Assembly: GCA_051294375.1 (NCBI GenBank)
Contig: CM119266.1
Location: 22,916,638 to 22,980,637, forward strand
From: Paraspadella gotoi
Taxonomy: Eukaryota; Animalia; Chaetognatha
DNA: 64,000 bases
Reading direction: 5' to 3'
Made by a program: the position numbers and the translations under genes. The first letter of the stretch is position 1; the number at the start of each line of letters is the position of its first letter. Positions 22,819 through 37,801 of this stretch are shown one piece after another. The notes beneath the pieces were generated by a model. It was not told where the DNA came from. It saw only the letters and a list, made by a program, of their open reading frames with translations, and searched no databases.

Positions 22819-25800
22819 CGAGAGAGAGAGAGTTCACCGACTCTCATTTTAATTCCATACACCAGTACGAAGCAAAGTGATCCATTATCTTTCGGTCTGA
22901 ACTGAATTATTTTTTAAAGATGGGGTGAGGGATGTGAAAGCACACTGAACGATAAAGAGAGAGAAGAGAAACAAAAAAGAAAAAGGCGAAGAAGATATCA
23001 GAGAGACAAAATTAAAGTACAGAATTGATATAAACATAACATACTGTAACATTACTTTTACTCGGATGCTTACTTTTTGATCGCAATATTATTAATATTT
23101 TGTTTACTTCTCTTCAAATCTCGTCTGTCCTTCCCATTGACATTCTCAACAAAGTTGACATTTTTTGTCTATGTTTTTTCATCTTACACCTAGTGTTAGA
23201 CCAAACGGCCACAGATCCTAACAGACGGAGGGACAGACAATCGAATCTGCCGCAATTTTTGGCCGACCGTTGTCACAATAATTGAAAGGTTGGGTAGAGC
23301 ATTATTACCCACTCTTTGAAACAGAACCCAGGTTTACACTTAAAAATTGTACAAAAAGGTTTATCATCTTAAGTCGCCCTTCTGGCGTCCACTTCATCTC
23401 GCTTTCAATCTCGCAGTTTTCCCCATCCATCGAATAATTTTTGTTTTGAAAATTTTTGTGTCGGCGCTCGCGAAAAAGAGTTAAAGGCGTTACAATTGTT
23501 AACCGCTCACGTCCTCGATGCGACCAATCAGATGCTTCGTAACAATCTCAAACCACATCATAATTCAGATTCCTTCGGACCAAATCGTCGGGCGCTGGGA
23601 GAGATATTGAGTCAAAAGGGTCTTTGTTTCCATCGTGATTTCCTCAGTAAGCGATCAATCAAGCCGCGTTTTAGTATCGGGACAACGGTCGCACCAATCG
23701 GAGTCCGCTAACCTGTCGAAAACCAAAGCCAATCACCTGCCGCTCGCCCGGGCGTTCGCAACTGGGAGATCAAAAGAACTTTGTGAGTGCGTGGCGTGAG
23801 CCCGATGCACTCCTGATCGGTCTTCTTTTTTGCTTTAGCTTAGCGTTATTGTATTTTCCCGTCCTTTCGCCAGCGGCGCTTGGGAGAGGACCGAGCGCTC
23901 AGATTCGATGTCGGATCTCCTTTAGACTTTCGCCGCTTGTCAAGCAGATTCTCCATAAATTAGTGTGTAGCGCACGAGAGAGAGGAGAGAGAGCAGAGAC
24001 GATATAGCACCAGAGACGAGAGAGCAGATGAGAGCGAAGAGCTATGAGCCACGAGAAGCCTAGCCTAGACTCGATGATAGAAAAAAAATTTTATACAAGA
24101 GAAGGATTTTGTTTCGTCCATCGAAAAACAAACAAGGAAAAGCAGAATTTTCGTTTATGCCAAGATTAGCGATTTAAACTTCTTTTCTCTCAGCTTAAAA
24201 CAAAAAAAAAAAACAGAAGTCGATACAAGGGTAAAGGCTGTTAAAAGAAATTAGGAGGAGAACTAGCGACTCAACGCCTGAACCATGCCTACGACGCACA
24301 GAACGAGATTTGCCTTCAGATCTCTACTTTCTCGTGTCCGGAGTTTAACCAAAAAAAATTATGCAAAATATTTTCTTACTTTTCGTTGTTTGTTGAGCGA
24401 CGGGGAATTGACAGACGAAAAATAAGAGTAAAGAGAGAGGAGATCGAGAGAGAGAGAGAGAGAGAGAAGAGAGAGATGAGAGAAAGATTGAGAGAGAGAG
24501 ACACGCAACGGAGAAGAAGCAGAGAGAAGAGAGGACGAGAACAAAAAATCGAGGCTTTGAATCGAATTCGCGGATACCGAACGTCTGGCCCTGTCACGTC
24601 CACGTCAACCCTGGTGGTGCTTTTCCTTAGCGAAGGAAGAACAAAAAATAGGAGCGAAGCCCAATTTTTCAAGGGTGTAAATGTTGTCGACCCAGAAAGA
24701 AAAAACAAAAGAAAAATATAATATAATCACTTCTCGATATGCAAACATAAATAATCGTTAAACACCCAACGACAGGTTAGTTTATACATCGAACAAAAGA
24801 ACAACAGTTTTTTTTTCTTCTTTCTATCTCTCTAAAAAGATATTTTTTTTGCAAATGGCGGCCGATAAATTTTGAGTTGCAAATATCGTTGGAGGAAAAA
24901 CGAAGGAGCGACTCGGAAGGATATCTATGCTTTCGCGCCAAAAATGTGTATGAACAAGGAGAAGTTTTAAACGTAAATATGAGTGTTAAGTCATCGTCTG
25001 CGGAAACAATACATCGCGTAAGGAGATTAATGAATACGGGCTCAGAGGCGCTACATAGATCTCTAGTTGCGATCTCCCTCTTTATCCCGAATCTGCTGAG
25101 GATTTGTGATGCATTTTTTCTTTAAATGTTTTGTGAGTAGGAAAATTAAGGATATCGTTGTCTCGCTAAAAGGAAGCTGATAAATATATACGAAGGTCTG
25201 TATTGGGTTTTGCTCTCTCTCTCTTTTTTTCACTCTCTCTCTCAGTCTCTCTCTCTCCTCATCTTACTCTATCTTCGTTCTCTGTATTACAATGTATCCT
25301 CTCCTCTCATACTCTTGTACCGTTCTGCGTCCGCAGTCCCTGGCTGCCATTTGAGTAAGTTATTTGTCCATTGTTTTCCGAATAGCACAATCGAGGGCAA
25401 AAGTAAGACAACTTTTGGGGCGTCCATTTTGAGCGCTTAACCGAAAAAAGGCTTTCAAGGCAATTTGGGCTATTTTTACCCGCCCATAAAACCCTCAGAC
25501 CAAAAGAAAAAAAACAACAACAACAACCACGCCATCTAATAAACAGCAAAGGCTTCGGGGTCCGGGGGACAGAGACGGAATCGCGGACAAAAAAGCCACT
25601 CTCCTTCTCCTATCTCATCACTCTCTCTCGTCTTTCTTCTCTTTTTTCGTCTTCTCTCTCTCTCTCTCATCTCTCTCTTCTCATCCGTCTACCTCTCTCA
25701 GGCTCTCTCTCTCTCAGGTTTTGTTCAAGGACTCGGATGAAAACATCATCAATTCAAATTTTCCCGCCGAACAAAGTAGCCAAGGTCTATAGCGAAAACC

Positions 25801-26559
25801 AATTAGTTTGAACATATATACGTCGGCAGGCGGTCGGACGCCGAGCGGCAGCGGCGGCGGCGTAGGGTGAAGATCGGGGGACGGCAGCGGCCAAGATTGC
25901 GATGGTTTACCTGGAGGAGGTGTCTCCCCTTCTTCTTCCGGAGCGCGAACCGGACTGGCCTTAAAAAGAGGCGCGCCGTAAAAAGGGCTGAGACACGAAG
26001 AAGGAAGAGAGACGCGAGAAGACTGATTTTGCGATCCGGAGGTCGAAAAAAGGATTGAGGGGCTTGATGGAGGAAGGAAAGAAAATACTTGATGGAGAAA
26101 AGGAGAGGGACTTGATGGAGAAAATGAAAGGTTAATATGTGTTTCAGCAAAGTCCCAGTGCACTCGTTTTTATCACTGTCAATTCATTTTAGATCGCACT
26201 TTTTATAACTTTACTTCTTAAATTTTTCTCTTTTCTTCTGTTTATACCATTCAAAATTAGACCTCCATAGTAGTTCTTTTATCCTTGTTTTTACCCACTT
26301 AGCTTTTTTTTTTGCGCCGCATGAGAACTTCTCACGGCTGCTCACGGTCAATGTCGTTGTCTATAAGAATTTATCAGGTTATAAGGTTGAAATCCATGTA
26401 AAATTACAACATGACCGAGCAGAATCATCCTTTACACATCAAGTCGTTTTTAAGTGCACAAAATAAAATGAAACAAATCAATTAATATTTAAAACATTGG
26501 TTTCATGATTTTTGACCCTGATTACACCTCGCGGNNNNNNNNNNNNNNNNNNNNNNNNN

Positions 26560-27398
26560 TTGAGTTCTGCCCGCCCCGACGGACAGTTAGCCCGACCAAG
26601 GGCCCGCCTGCAGAGAGAGAGAAAGAAAAAAGAAAGAGAGATAGGTTGCGGTTGAAAATAAAAAGGATTTTTTACAAAGGAGCGGGATTCGTTATCGGCG
26701 GCGTCGCTTTATATTTTCGATTTCTCTTCCTGGCCTTCGTCTCTTTTTATTCCCAGTTCTGAATATCGGAAATAACTCGACTCATGTTTCTCACGGTTTT
26801 TCTCTTTCTCTCTCTTTTGTAGTTTTTTGGCGGGCGAATTCTAGCCGACGATTTCTGTTCGAGATTGACCGATCTCCAGGTCCTTGGATCGAATCTTCGT
26901 GTAGCCGTTTCTTTTTGCATTCGCAGTAAATGTTAATAAACTCAAAATATTTTAAAATTACCGAAAAATCCAAATATCAATACTATATATACATTTACAA
27001 ATAGAGAATTCTTTTAGACGAGAAAAAGATTTCGCGCCTGTTTTTTCAATCTTTAACTCAAGTAGAAAGAGTGTACGTATATAGGAGGATGAGAAGAAAG
27101 AGGAAGAGGAGAGTAAAATGAAAATCGACACTTAACAGAAAAAAAGAGAGAGAGAGAGGGAGAAATACCATTCTATCGGTATTCTGTTTACTTTTTCTCT
27201 CTCTCTTTTTTTTAAAAATCTTTTCGCTTAAAAAGATAAGCCTTCACTTTTTTCCTTCTCTCTTTTTTTCTCTCTTTTTTTTTTCTCCCTCTTCCCCACT
27301 GTCTTCGTCGGCGTTTCTGCCCCGACTTCAGTTCTGACAACGAAAACGTTAATAAATGGATTTTCTGTCAAGGATCTTCGGGTAAATATCGGCCTTTG

Positions 27399-27481
<83 letters not shown>

Positions 27482-28477
27482 ACCCAGTTATGCTCGGTAT
27501 TGTAAAGTATTTGTGAAATATCAAAATACCGAAACGTTAAAGCGTTATATAACGAATTCCTTTTTCCCAAACAACTCTTTATATTTCAAGAAGCGACCCC
27601 TTCACATTTAAAATCCTTTCCGTACCATTAGCCCATAAATTCGAACCCGAAAAAGTAGGACGAATTTGGAGCATAAAACGATGCATTCTCGGGTTGGATG
27701 CCGGATGCGGGGTTCTGCCGTTTTCGTATCAGGCGCTGGGAAGAATGCCGCGACAGGCGACATAGAAAAAATCGTTGAAGTCGTTCTAAATGTGTCAGGT
27801 GCCAAGGTAGCGACGTGACAGGTGCTAGAGTGAGACGCACGCCACGGGGTGACGCGACTGAGTCACCCGTAAATCGTTATTTTTCTCCCGCGCGACACCG
27901 AAAATGCATATCCTTTTCTTTTCACTTTGTAACAGATGTTCGTTTCAGCCTAAAAACATTTTTACTTGATATTTAAATTTTTTTCAGAATCTTTCGAATA
28001 ATTAGAATTTTTTCTTTTAATGTAAACTAAGAAGAAAACTGAATATTTTCTGAAATAATTCAGTAGATGATCAATCAATTTTAATAAATTTAAATATTAA
28101 TCAATTGTTTTGAATTTAACTTTAAGTTTTAAAGGCAAAAGGTGACATCTAACGGGAAAAAGAAATTTTATCTTCACACGGGGGAAAAATGATTTGATTG
28201 GAATCCTCTCTCGTCAGGAAAGATCGACCTGCAACTTCGTCTTTTGAAAAACGATCTCTCTCTCTCTCTCTCTCTCTCTCNNNNNNNNNNNNNNNNNNNN
28301 NNNNNNNNNNNNNNNNNNNNNNNNNNNNNNNNNNNNNNNNNNNNNNNNNNNNNNNNNNNNNNNNNNNNNNNNNNNNNNNNNNNNNNNNNNNNNNNNNNNN
28401 NNNNNNNNNNNNNNNNNNNNNNNNNNNNNNNNNNNNNNNNNNNNNNNNNNNNNNNNNNNNNNNNNNNNNNNNNNNNN

Positions 28478-28511
<34 letters not shown>

Positions 28512-28826
28512 AAGAAAATGATGAATATATTTTTTCCCACTCCGTTTCCAAGTCACTGGAAAAAAAATGGAGGATAAAATAAAAAAAGGGGAAAAAATGC
28601 GAAATGAAAAAAAAGAAAGAAAAATAAAAAGAATTCAATCTTGAATCCAGAAAAACTTTATGGTTTTTCTCTTTTTGGTTTTTTCTTTGCTTTTCTTTCA
28701 CTTTGCGTTTTTCCTCCTTTTTCTAGCGCCTCTCCATCGAAAACACCATAAACATTCGCAAAGATGCCATTTTAATTAGGGAATTCCGGTCCCAGAATGG
28801 CGCCTTCATCGCCGCGCGGAAGGAAC

Positions 28827-28860
<34 letters not shown>

Positions 28861-30285
28861 NNNNNNNNNNNNNNNNNNNNNNNNNNNNNNNNNNNNNNNN
28901 NNNNNNNNNNNNNNNNNNNNNNNNNNNNNNNNNNNNNNNNNNNNNNNNNNNNNNNNNNNNNNNNNNNNNNNNNNNNNNNNNNNNNNNNNNNNNNNNNNNN
29001 NNNNNNNNNNNNNNNNNNNNNNNNNNNNNNNNNNNNNNNNNNNNNNNNNNNNNNNNNNNNNNNNNNNCCACATTTCGCAAAGATCACCATTTACCAATCT
29101 CCAATTTAAAAGTTCACTTATTCACTCTCACAACCCGACGTATTCAGTATTCGCATTTCACATCTCACCCTCTTTCTCTCACAATCTCACATGCTCCCTC
29201 TCTCCCTCTCACCCTCGCCGAAAATAAAAGGAAAAAGAGAAAGAATCGGGGGAGAAACTAAAATCATTTTATCAACGTCTCTTTTTCTTTCCGGCCCCGA
29301 ATTTTCCTCAAGAAACTCTCTCTCTNNNNNNNNNNNNNNNNNNNNNNNNNNNNNNNNNNNNNNNNNNNNNNNNNNNNNNNNNNNNNNNNNNNNNNNNNNN
29401 NNNNNNNNNNNNNNNNNNNNNNNNNNNNNNNNNNNNNNNNNNNNNNNNNNNNNNNNNNNNNNNNNNNNNNNNNNNNNNNNNNNNNNNNNNNNNNNNNNNN
29501 NNNNNNNNNNNNNNNNNNNNNNNNNNNNNNNNNNNNNNNNNNNNNNNNNNNNNNNNNNNNNNNNNNNNNNNNNNNNNNNNNNNNNNNNNNNNNNNNNNNN
29601 NNNNNNNNNNNNNNNNNNNNNNNNNNNNNNNNNNNNNNNNNNNNNNNNNNNNNNNNNNNNNNNNNNNNNNNNATTCAATTGAACCATCTACAACCAATAT
29701 TAAATATCTCACTCTACGAAAAAAATCGGAAGAAAGACAAAGAGCAAAAATTCTTCCGATGCAAAGAGAGAGTTTTCGAGAAAGAAGCGACTCGAAACGA
29801 GTCGGCCCGGGCTGAGAGGAGAAATCAATCAATCTGTGTTGTGTCCTTGTCATTGGCTTCGATAGAAATGAGGAAAGAAAAATCATTAATCTGATTTACA
29901 TACTTCATCAAAGATGAACGAGCGAACAGCGACGGGGGTGGACGGGCGCAGGGGTGGGAGGGAGAGGGGGTGGTAGTGCTAAGGGGCGGGCCAAAGACGG
30001 GGAGCGGGCGCAGGGGTGGGGGTGAGAGGGACGAAAATATACTTAAGAGGTTTTCATAATTTGTCATGTCGAGATTTATTTTTGTACCTTTAGTTTTCCT
30101 CCATAGTGATCGGGTTATCGGGGGTGAAATAGTCTGGCGTTTCTTCGATGGGGAAAAAGCTTTCTCTATGTTTAATTTATTCACGAAGAGAAGAAATAAT
30201 ATTATTTATCGAAATTTGCGAATGTTTTCTTCAAATTCATATAATTTATTTTACTTCTCGCCTCTCCCCACCCCCTAATTCCCTT
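26560..30285 (+). repeat. Direct copy of ~16623-21915, lacking the 942-bp insertion
   Basis: After the 25-N gap the sequence restarts at TTGAGTTCTGCCCGCCCCGACGGACAG (compare 16623) and stays collinear to CTCTCCCCACCCCCTAAT (compare ~21915). Confidence 0.93.
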
Positions 30286-30289
30286 TCTC

Positions 30290-33175
30290 TCTCGACTTTC
30301 CAATTCCTACTCGTCCCATTGACCCGCAGCCCGCCGCAGCCCCGCGCGTCGCGAGCCCGCCGGAGAAAAGGACGAGCCATTTTCAAGGTTTACGTGAGGT
30401 CGTCGATGGAATCCCAGAACTCCGATCCGTCCGATTCGTCCCTTACCCATTAAGGGACCCGCCCTCGCTTTAATTCAAGGGCCTTTTCCTTCTAGTGCAA
30501 AGACCCCACTTCTAATCACAAGCCTACAGTCTCTCTCCTCTCCTCTCTCTCCTCTCTCTCTTTTCTTCTCCCCTTCTCTCTCCTCTCTCTTCTCTCTCTC
30601 TCTTACCCCACTCTCTAAAATCCTCTCCTTTGCACCCCCACGCCTCACAATCTCCCTGACCCGACCTCCGCGAGATCTAGTTACATAACCTCTGTAGTTC
30701 CACTACCCCTTTTCAAGCCCCCCCCCCACTTACTTTCCTCATTTTTTCAACTTTCCCCCTAAACCATATCAAACATTCACTCTAGTCACCCCCCGCCTCT
30801 CACAACCCCCGTCACTCCCAAAAACCCCAAAGACCCCCCCTCCACCCTCCCATTTCCGGTTCCGCCCTCAAACTCGATGGTGAGGACGCGTTGATCATGG
30901 GGCGACATCAGGAACATCATTAAACGCGACACCTCGGACGCCCCTTCGCCTTCGAGGTCGTGCCTAAATCGGACCCAAAATGTCGCTATCGGCCCCTTAA
31001 TCGCTTCTAGAATCGCGGCATCGCTTTTGAGATCGCCTATGAAATTCTTCCATCTGGATCACTTTCAAATCGCATTTAAGGTCATTTATTGCCTGCAACT
31101 TATTGGTATTGGCAACTTATAATGTCATATTTCAAGTTTATTTTTCCAAGGATTAATTCTAAAGGAGGTTGCGTTGCTTCTAGTTTATATTAACTCTCTT
31201 CATTCTTTCTCTGTTCCATTCAGATTCTCACACCTAATCTTCAAGTGATTTCATTCGCCTCCATATATTTGGGATTTCGACTTCGAAGTGAATCCAACTT
31301 ACCCATCCCGTCCTCAACTCACCCACCTCAACCCTTTTAGCGCTTCTTTTCCCATGTTCAAGTATCCTTATTCAATCGAGACATTCCCCGTTCAAGTTTA
31401 TTCTTTTTTTACTAAACTTTATTAATTTTAAAAATCGTTTTCTTTTTTCTATCCATGTCTTTCTTTTCTTTTTCCTTTTCTTATTTATTTTCTAATTCCC
31501 CCTTTCCTAACTTCCTCTCTTTTTTCATCTTTCTTCCCATCGGATGCGTCATCTCGCCCCCCTTGTATCTGCTGCTCCGCCAGGTGAACCAAGATTTTTG
31601 GGCGACCGACGATAACGACGACGGAACGAATGCTACATCTGGCCCTTTTTAATCAAACCACAGAAAAGATTACTATAATTTTGACGCTGGACTCTTAAGT
31701 AATTATTATGGCGTAGGGCACGCGTCGTTCTGGAAATAAACAATTTTGGGCCACAACTAACCTATTTGCTATTAATTATTTCTATCCGATCTCTAACGAA
31801 ATGCTCTTCTCTCTCTCTCTCCTCTTTCTTCTCTCTCTCTCTCTCTCTCTTCTCCTCTCTCTCTCTCTCTCGCCTCTCCTTCTGCTCCTCATCTCTCTCT
31901 CTCTTCTGCTCTCTCTCTACCACTCGTTACTGTTTAATTCTCCTCCCGACGCCAGAGGAAATTTATGCCCCCCCCACGCATCCCACCCACCCGCGTCACA
32001 AACATCAACAACCATTATGCCTGCCACGCCTCGTCCGGCGAAGGGCAGCCAGCCAGAGTGGGTCAACGGTTTTGACAAGCTCCTCCTATCTTCGGGGGCC
32101 GGAGGTGAGAACGTGAGAGCAGGTCGGACGAGCCGACGGTGCGCGGGGGAGAAGCGAGTGTGTTGAGAGAGGAGGAGGAGGAGCGAGGAGAGCGAAGGAG
32201 AGGAAAGAGAGGAGGACAAGAGAGGATGCAAATCCAATTTAATTCGTTTCAATCCGTCGTTCCATGATTAAAGATTTAATCAATATTAAATGACAGCCAA
32301 CAAAGGTAAACACTATATTTCATTTCAATTATACAATTAGTTAACAAAAAGGTATCCCATAATTCATTCTCTTCGTTCAAACTTTTATTATAAAAAACAG
32401 TTTATCTTTATGTATTATTGCCCCACAAGTTAAGTTACTAACATTCTGGTCTTTGGCCCCATACAACGTTAGTTAATTTTTCTTTTTAGTCTTCCATTAC
32501 TACTCAACAATAAGTCGGGCCAATATAAAATTAATTTGTTCCATTATTTACTTAATCCAATATTTACTATAACTTTGGTGTGAAGCACAGTATAACAAAT
32601 TGAGCATTTTAATATTAAACATTTAAATATTTTTTAAAGAACAGATTCAGAATTAGCCCATAAGAAGTTGGTCTGTACAAAGTGTATAATGCGTTCAATA
32701 CTTCAATGATAAGTGGGTTCAAATAAGAGAAAACCCTTAAAAATCTCTCATCATCATCCATCAACCATTAATTTTTCTAGGGTTTCTAATTTAACTAATA
32801 AAACAAAAAATTGGAAATCTTAAATAATAATATTTTTTATTTATTTTTTCAAGCTCTAACCGAATAACTTTTTAAAAATTTCTGGAAATTGAAAAAAAAA
32901 AAATTATGATTTATAAGTAATACAATAAACTTAAATGCTTTTATAAATTTATTAAACTATACAAAAAATATTATTTTTCTTTTTAATTTCGATATTCCAC
33001 CAGGATGCTCTAACATTATTTATTATTACAGAACTCTGAGTTTTTACCTTGCTTTTCGTCTTTCTCAACAATCCCTTTGTACTTCCGATCTGCCCTCTGT
33101 TCGGATTTCGGGTCACTGGACGCCAAGGCATACAAAGATAAAATCGCGCAAAAAGAAAAAAGATAAATAAAAATT

Positions 33176-33218
<43 letters not shown>

Positions 33219-34174
33219 AGAGAGAGCAAAAGAAAAAGAGAAAAAAAAAAGAGAAGTAAGAAAGAATGGCAACATCGCTAATCCGGTTGTTCACGACGGA
33301 TTAGCCCGCGTTTTATCCGCTTTTTGAGTTCCTGCCGCCCCGACGGACAGTTAAGCCCGGACCAAGGGCCCCGCTGCAGAGAGAGAGAAAAGTAAAAAAG
33401 AAAGAGAGATAGGTTTGCGGTCGTTGAAAATAAAAAGGATTTTTTACCAAAGGCAGCGGGATTTCGTATCGCGGCCGTCGCTTTATAATTTTTCGATTTC
33501 TCTTCCTGGCCTTCGTCTCTTTTATTCCCAGTTCTGAATATCGGAAATAACTCGACTCATGTCTCACGGTTTTTCTCTTTCTCCTCTTTGTAGTTTTTTG
33601 GCGGGCGAATTCTAGCCGACGATTTCTTGTTCGAGATTGACGATCTCCAGGTCCTTGGAATCGAATCTTGTGTTTTAGCCGTTTCTTTTTGCATTCGCAG
33701 TAAATGTTAATAAACTCAAAAATATTTTAAAATTACCGAAAAATTCCAATATCAATACTATATATACATTTAACAAATAGAGGAATTTCTTTTAGACGAG
33801 AAAAAGATTCGCGCCTGTTTTTTTCAATCTTTAACTCAAGTAGAAAGAGTACGTATATAGGAGGATTGAGAAGAGAAGAGGAAGAGGAAGAGTAAAATAA
33901 AAACGACACTAAAAAGGAAAAAAGAGAGAGAGAGAGAGAGGGAGAAATACCATTCTATCGGTATTTTCATGTTTACTTTTTTCTCTCTCTCTCTTTTTTA
34001 AAATCTTTTCGCTTTAAAAAAATAAGCCTTCACCTTTTTTCCTTTCTCTCTTTTTCCTTACCCTCTTCCCCACTGTCTTTCGTCGGCGTTTCTTGCCCCG
34101 ACTTCAGTTCTACAACTAAAACGTTAATAAATGGATTTTCTGCAAGGATCTTCGGGTAAATATCGGCCTTGGGG

Positions 34175-34213
<39 letters not shown>

Positions 34214-35131
34214 CTCTCTCTCTTCTCATCTCTCTCTCTTCTCTCTCTCTCTTCTCTCTTCCTCCCTCTTCTCTCCTTTTCTTTTCTCTCTCCACCAGTA
34301 TGCTGGCCGCGAAAATGCGAAAAGGCTATTTTAAGTATGTAAAAGTATTGTGAAATATCCAAATACCGAAACGTTTAAAGCGTTATATAACGAAATTCCT
34401 TCTTCCCAAACAATTCTTAATTCAAGAAGCGACCCCTTCCACATTTAATAATCCTTTCCGTAACCAATTTGCCCATAAATTCGAACCCAAAAAGTAGGTT
34501 ACGAAATTTGGTAGCATAAAACGATGCATTCTCGGGTTGTGATCCGGATGCGGGGTTTCTGCCGTTTTCGTATCAGGCGCTGGAAGAATGCGCGAAGGCG
34601 ACATAGAAAAATCGTTGAAGTCGTTCTAATGTTGTCAGGTGCCAAGTAAGCGACGAGACAGGTTAGGAGTGAGACGCACGCCACGGGTGACGCGGCTGAG
34701 TCACCCGTAATCGATTTTTCTCTCGCGCGACACCGAAAATGCATATCCTTTTCTTTTCACTTTGTAACAGAGTTCGTTTCAGCCTAAAAACATTTTTACT
34801 AATTTATTTAAATTTTTTTTCAGAATCTTTTCGAATAATTAGAATTTTTTCTTTTAATGTAAACTAAGAAAGAAAACTGAATATTTCTGAAATTAATTCA
34901 GTAGATGATCAATCAATTTTAATAAAATTTAAATATTAATCAATTGTTTTGAATTTAACTTTAAGTTTAAAGGCAAAAGGTGACATCTAACGGGAAAAAG
35001 AATTTTATCCTTCACACGGGGGAAAAAATGAATTTATGGAATCCTCTCTCGTCAGGAAAGATCGACCTGCGCAACTTCGTTGAAAAACGATCTCTCTCTC
35101 TCTCTCTCTCGGCGTAATAATCGGCCTTTGG

Positions 35132-35208
<77 letters not shown>

Positions 35209-35318
35209 CTCGTGTGATAAAAAAATTTATGTCTTTGGACGGATCAAAGAGAAAAAAGTGAGAGGGAGGGGTTGAGGGAGATGTGAGAGAGAGACAAAAA
35301 AAACAGTCAGAGAGAGAG

Positions 35319-35363
<45 letters not shown>

Positions 35364-35702
35364 AAGAAAATGATGAATATATTTTTTCCACTCCGTTTCA
35401 ATCCACCTGGAAAAAAAATGGAGAGGATAAAATAAAAAAAGGAAAAATGCGGAAATGAAAAAAAGGAAAAGAAAAATAAAAAGAATTCAATCTTGAATCC
35501 AGAAAAACTTTATGGTTTTTTCTCTTTTTGGTTTTTTCTTTTGCTTCTTTCACTTTGCGTTTTCTTCCTTTTTTTCCTTAGCGCCTCTCCATCGAAAACA
35601 CCATAAACATTCGCAAAGATGCCAGTTAATTAGGGAATTCCGGGTCCAGAATGGCGCCTTCATCGCCGCGCGGAAGGAACGTCTCTCTCCTCCTCTCTCT
35701 CA

Positions 35703-35733
<31 letters not shown>

Positions 35734-36118
35734 CTTTCTCGAGATAGCGTGCTCTAGCGATGCGCTGGCGCTCCGCCAATCAAAAACAATTCCAACAACA
35801 AAAACCCAGAAAAATTTATGGTTTAAGTTACAAAAATATTCCCCACATTTCGGCAAAAGATCACCATTTACCCAAATCTCCAATTAAAAGTTCACTTATT
35901 CACTTCTCACAACCCGACGTATTCAGTATTCGCATTTCACATCTCACCCTCTTTCTCTCACAATCTCACATGCTCCCTCTCTTCCCTCTCACCCTCGCCG
36001 GAAAATAAAAAGGAAAACGAGAAAGAATCGGTGGAAGAAACTAAAATCATTTATCAACGTCTCTTTTTCTTTCCGGCCCGAATTTTTCCTCAAGAAACTC
36101 TCTCTCTCCACTCTCTCT

Positions 36119-36172
<54 letters not shown>

Positions 36173-37522
36173 CTCTTTCTTCTCTCCCCTGATTAATTTG
36201 CGGGCCCAAAATTTGATGCAGCCACCATCAAGCGCGTTAATGATAAATGCGCGCGGAAAAGACGGAAATGGTTTAAAGCCAAGACGCGCCCCGGAAGTCG
36301 CGAGGGCGGGCGCCGAAGTAAGGCGCGTGCGGGGGAGAGAGAAGGAGAGGAGAGGGACTGGAGAGAGAGAGGAAGGAGGGAGATGAGGAGACGAGAAAGA
36401 GAGAGAAATGCGAGCAACAAGAAAAAACTATTTTTAAAAAAAGAAAAAAGTGGAGGAGGAATTATGAATAAAAGGCGGAGTTATAAGATGCAAAAAGAAT
36501 TTTTTTTCTTTTTTTTTTTATGTTTTGATTAATTGATTTCGAACTGCGATGGAAGGGGGGGGGGAGTTGGTGGTTTTGTGGTTTCGGGGGAGAGAAGGAT
36601 TTTTTGTTTATTGCGGGATGAAATGTTGTTTGTTACAATGTACAAAAAAAAATCCTTAATTTTATTCTGGCATATTTGTAGTCATATATTGTATGGCGAT
36701 GATTGCGGGAGGCATGAGTGAGTTTTTTTAAGATTAAGAAAATATTTCCGCCGTAAATTTATAACCAATTACTCGGCATAACTTGACGGAAAAAGGAGGG
36801 GAAGAGAGAAAGTGTTCTTGTTCGCCTAAAAATATTTCCAATTGACCATCTACAACCAATATTAAATATCTCACTCTAACTAAAAAAAATCGGAAGAAAG
36901 ACAAAGAGCAAAAATTCTTCCGATGACCAAAGAGAGAGTTTCGAGAAAGAAGCGACTCGAAACGAGGCTGCCCGGGCTGAGAGGAGAAATCAATCAAATT
37001 CTGAGTGTTGGTGTCCTTGTCATTGGCTTCGATAGAAATGAGGAAAGAAAATCATTAATCTTGATTTACATACTTCATTTTTCCTTTTTTTTCCAAAAAA
37101 GATTGAACGAGCGAACAGCCGACGGGGGTGACGGGCGCAGGGGTGGGAGGAGAGGGACCGGTGCGTAGTGCTAGGGCGGGCCAAAGGCGGGAGCGGCGCG
37201 CAGGGGTGGGGGTAGAGGAACGAAAATATACTTAAGAGGTTTTCATTAATTTTTGTCATGTCGAGATTTATTTTTGTACCTTTAGTTTTTCCTCCATAAG
37301 TGATCGGGTTTATCGGGGGTGAAATAGTCTGGCGTTTCCTCGATGGGGAAAAAGCTTTCTCTATGCTTTAATTATTTCACGAAAGAGAAGAAAATATTAT
37401 TTATCGAAATTGCGAAATGTTTTCTTTCATAAGTTCATATAATTATTATTACTTTCTTCGCCTCTCCCCACCCCCTAATTCCCTTTTCTCTTCTCTCTCT
37501 CTCTCCTCTCTCTCTCTCCTGC

Positions 37523-37561
<39 letters not shown>

Positions 37562-37733
37562 TCTCTATCTCACCGTTCCCCCTTTTTCAATCGCTTCCTT
37601 TATCTTCCTCTGTCTTTATCCTCTTTCGCCCAAAATCTCGTTTACATCTCATTCCCAATCAGCTGAATCCAAACTCACTCCAAAACCTCCAAATAATAAA
37701 AACCCCACCGCTTCACCTCTGAAACTTTTCACG

Positions 37734-37801
<68 letters not shown>

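Noticed and set aside
23810-24070. Extra sequence in the 23-24 kb copy relative to 39380-39420 as a second insertion polymorphism
   Set aside because: No TIR or TSD, it lies in the noisiest part of that copy, and the comparison copy has an N gap here. Unresolvable and probably read noise.
35111-35135. Short insert GGCGTAATAATCGGCCTTTGGGG inside a TC run
   Set aside because: Matches the flank of another TC run (~27381-27400). Likely a consensus or polishing error between microsatellites.
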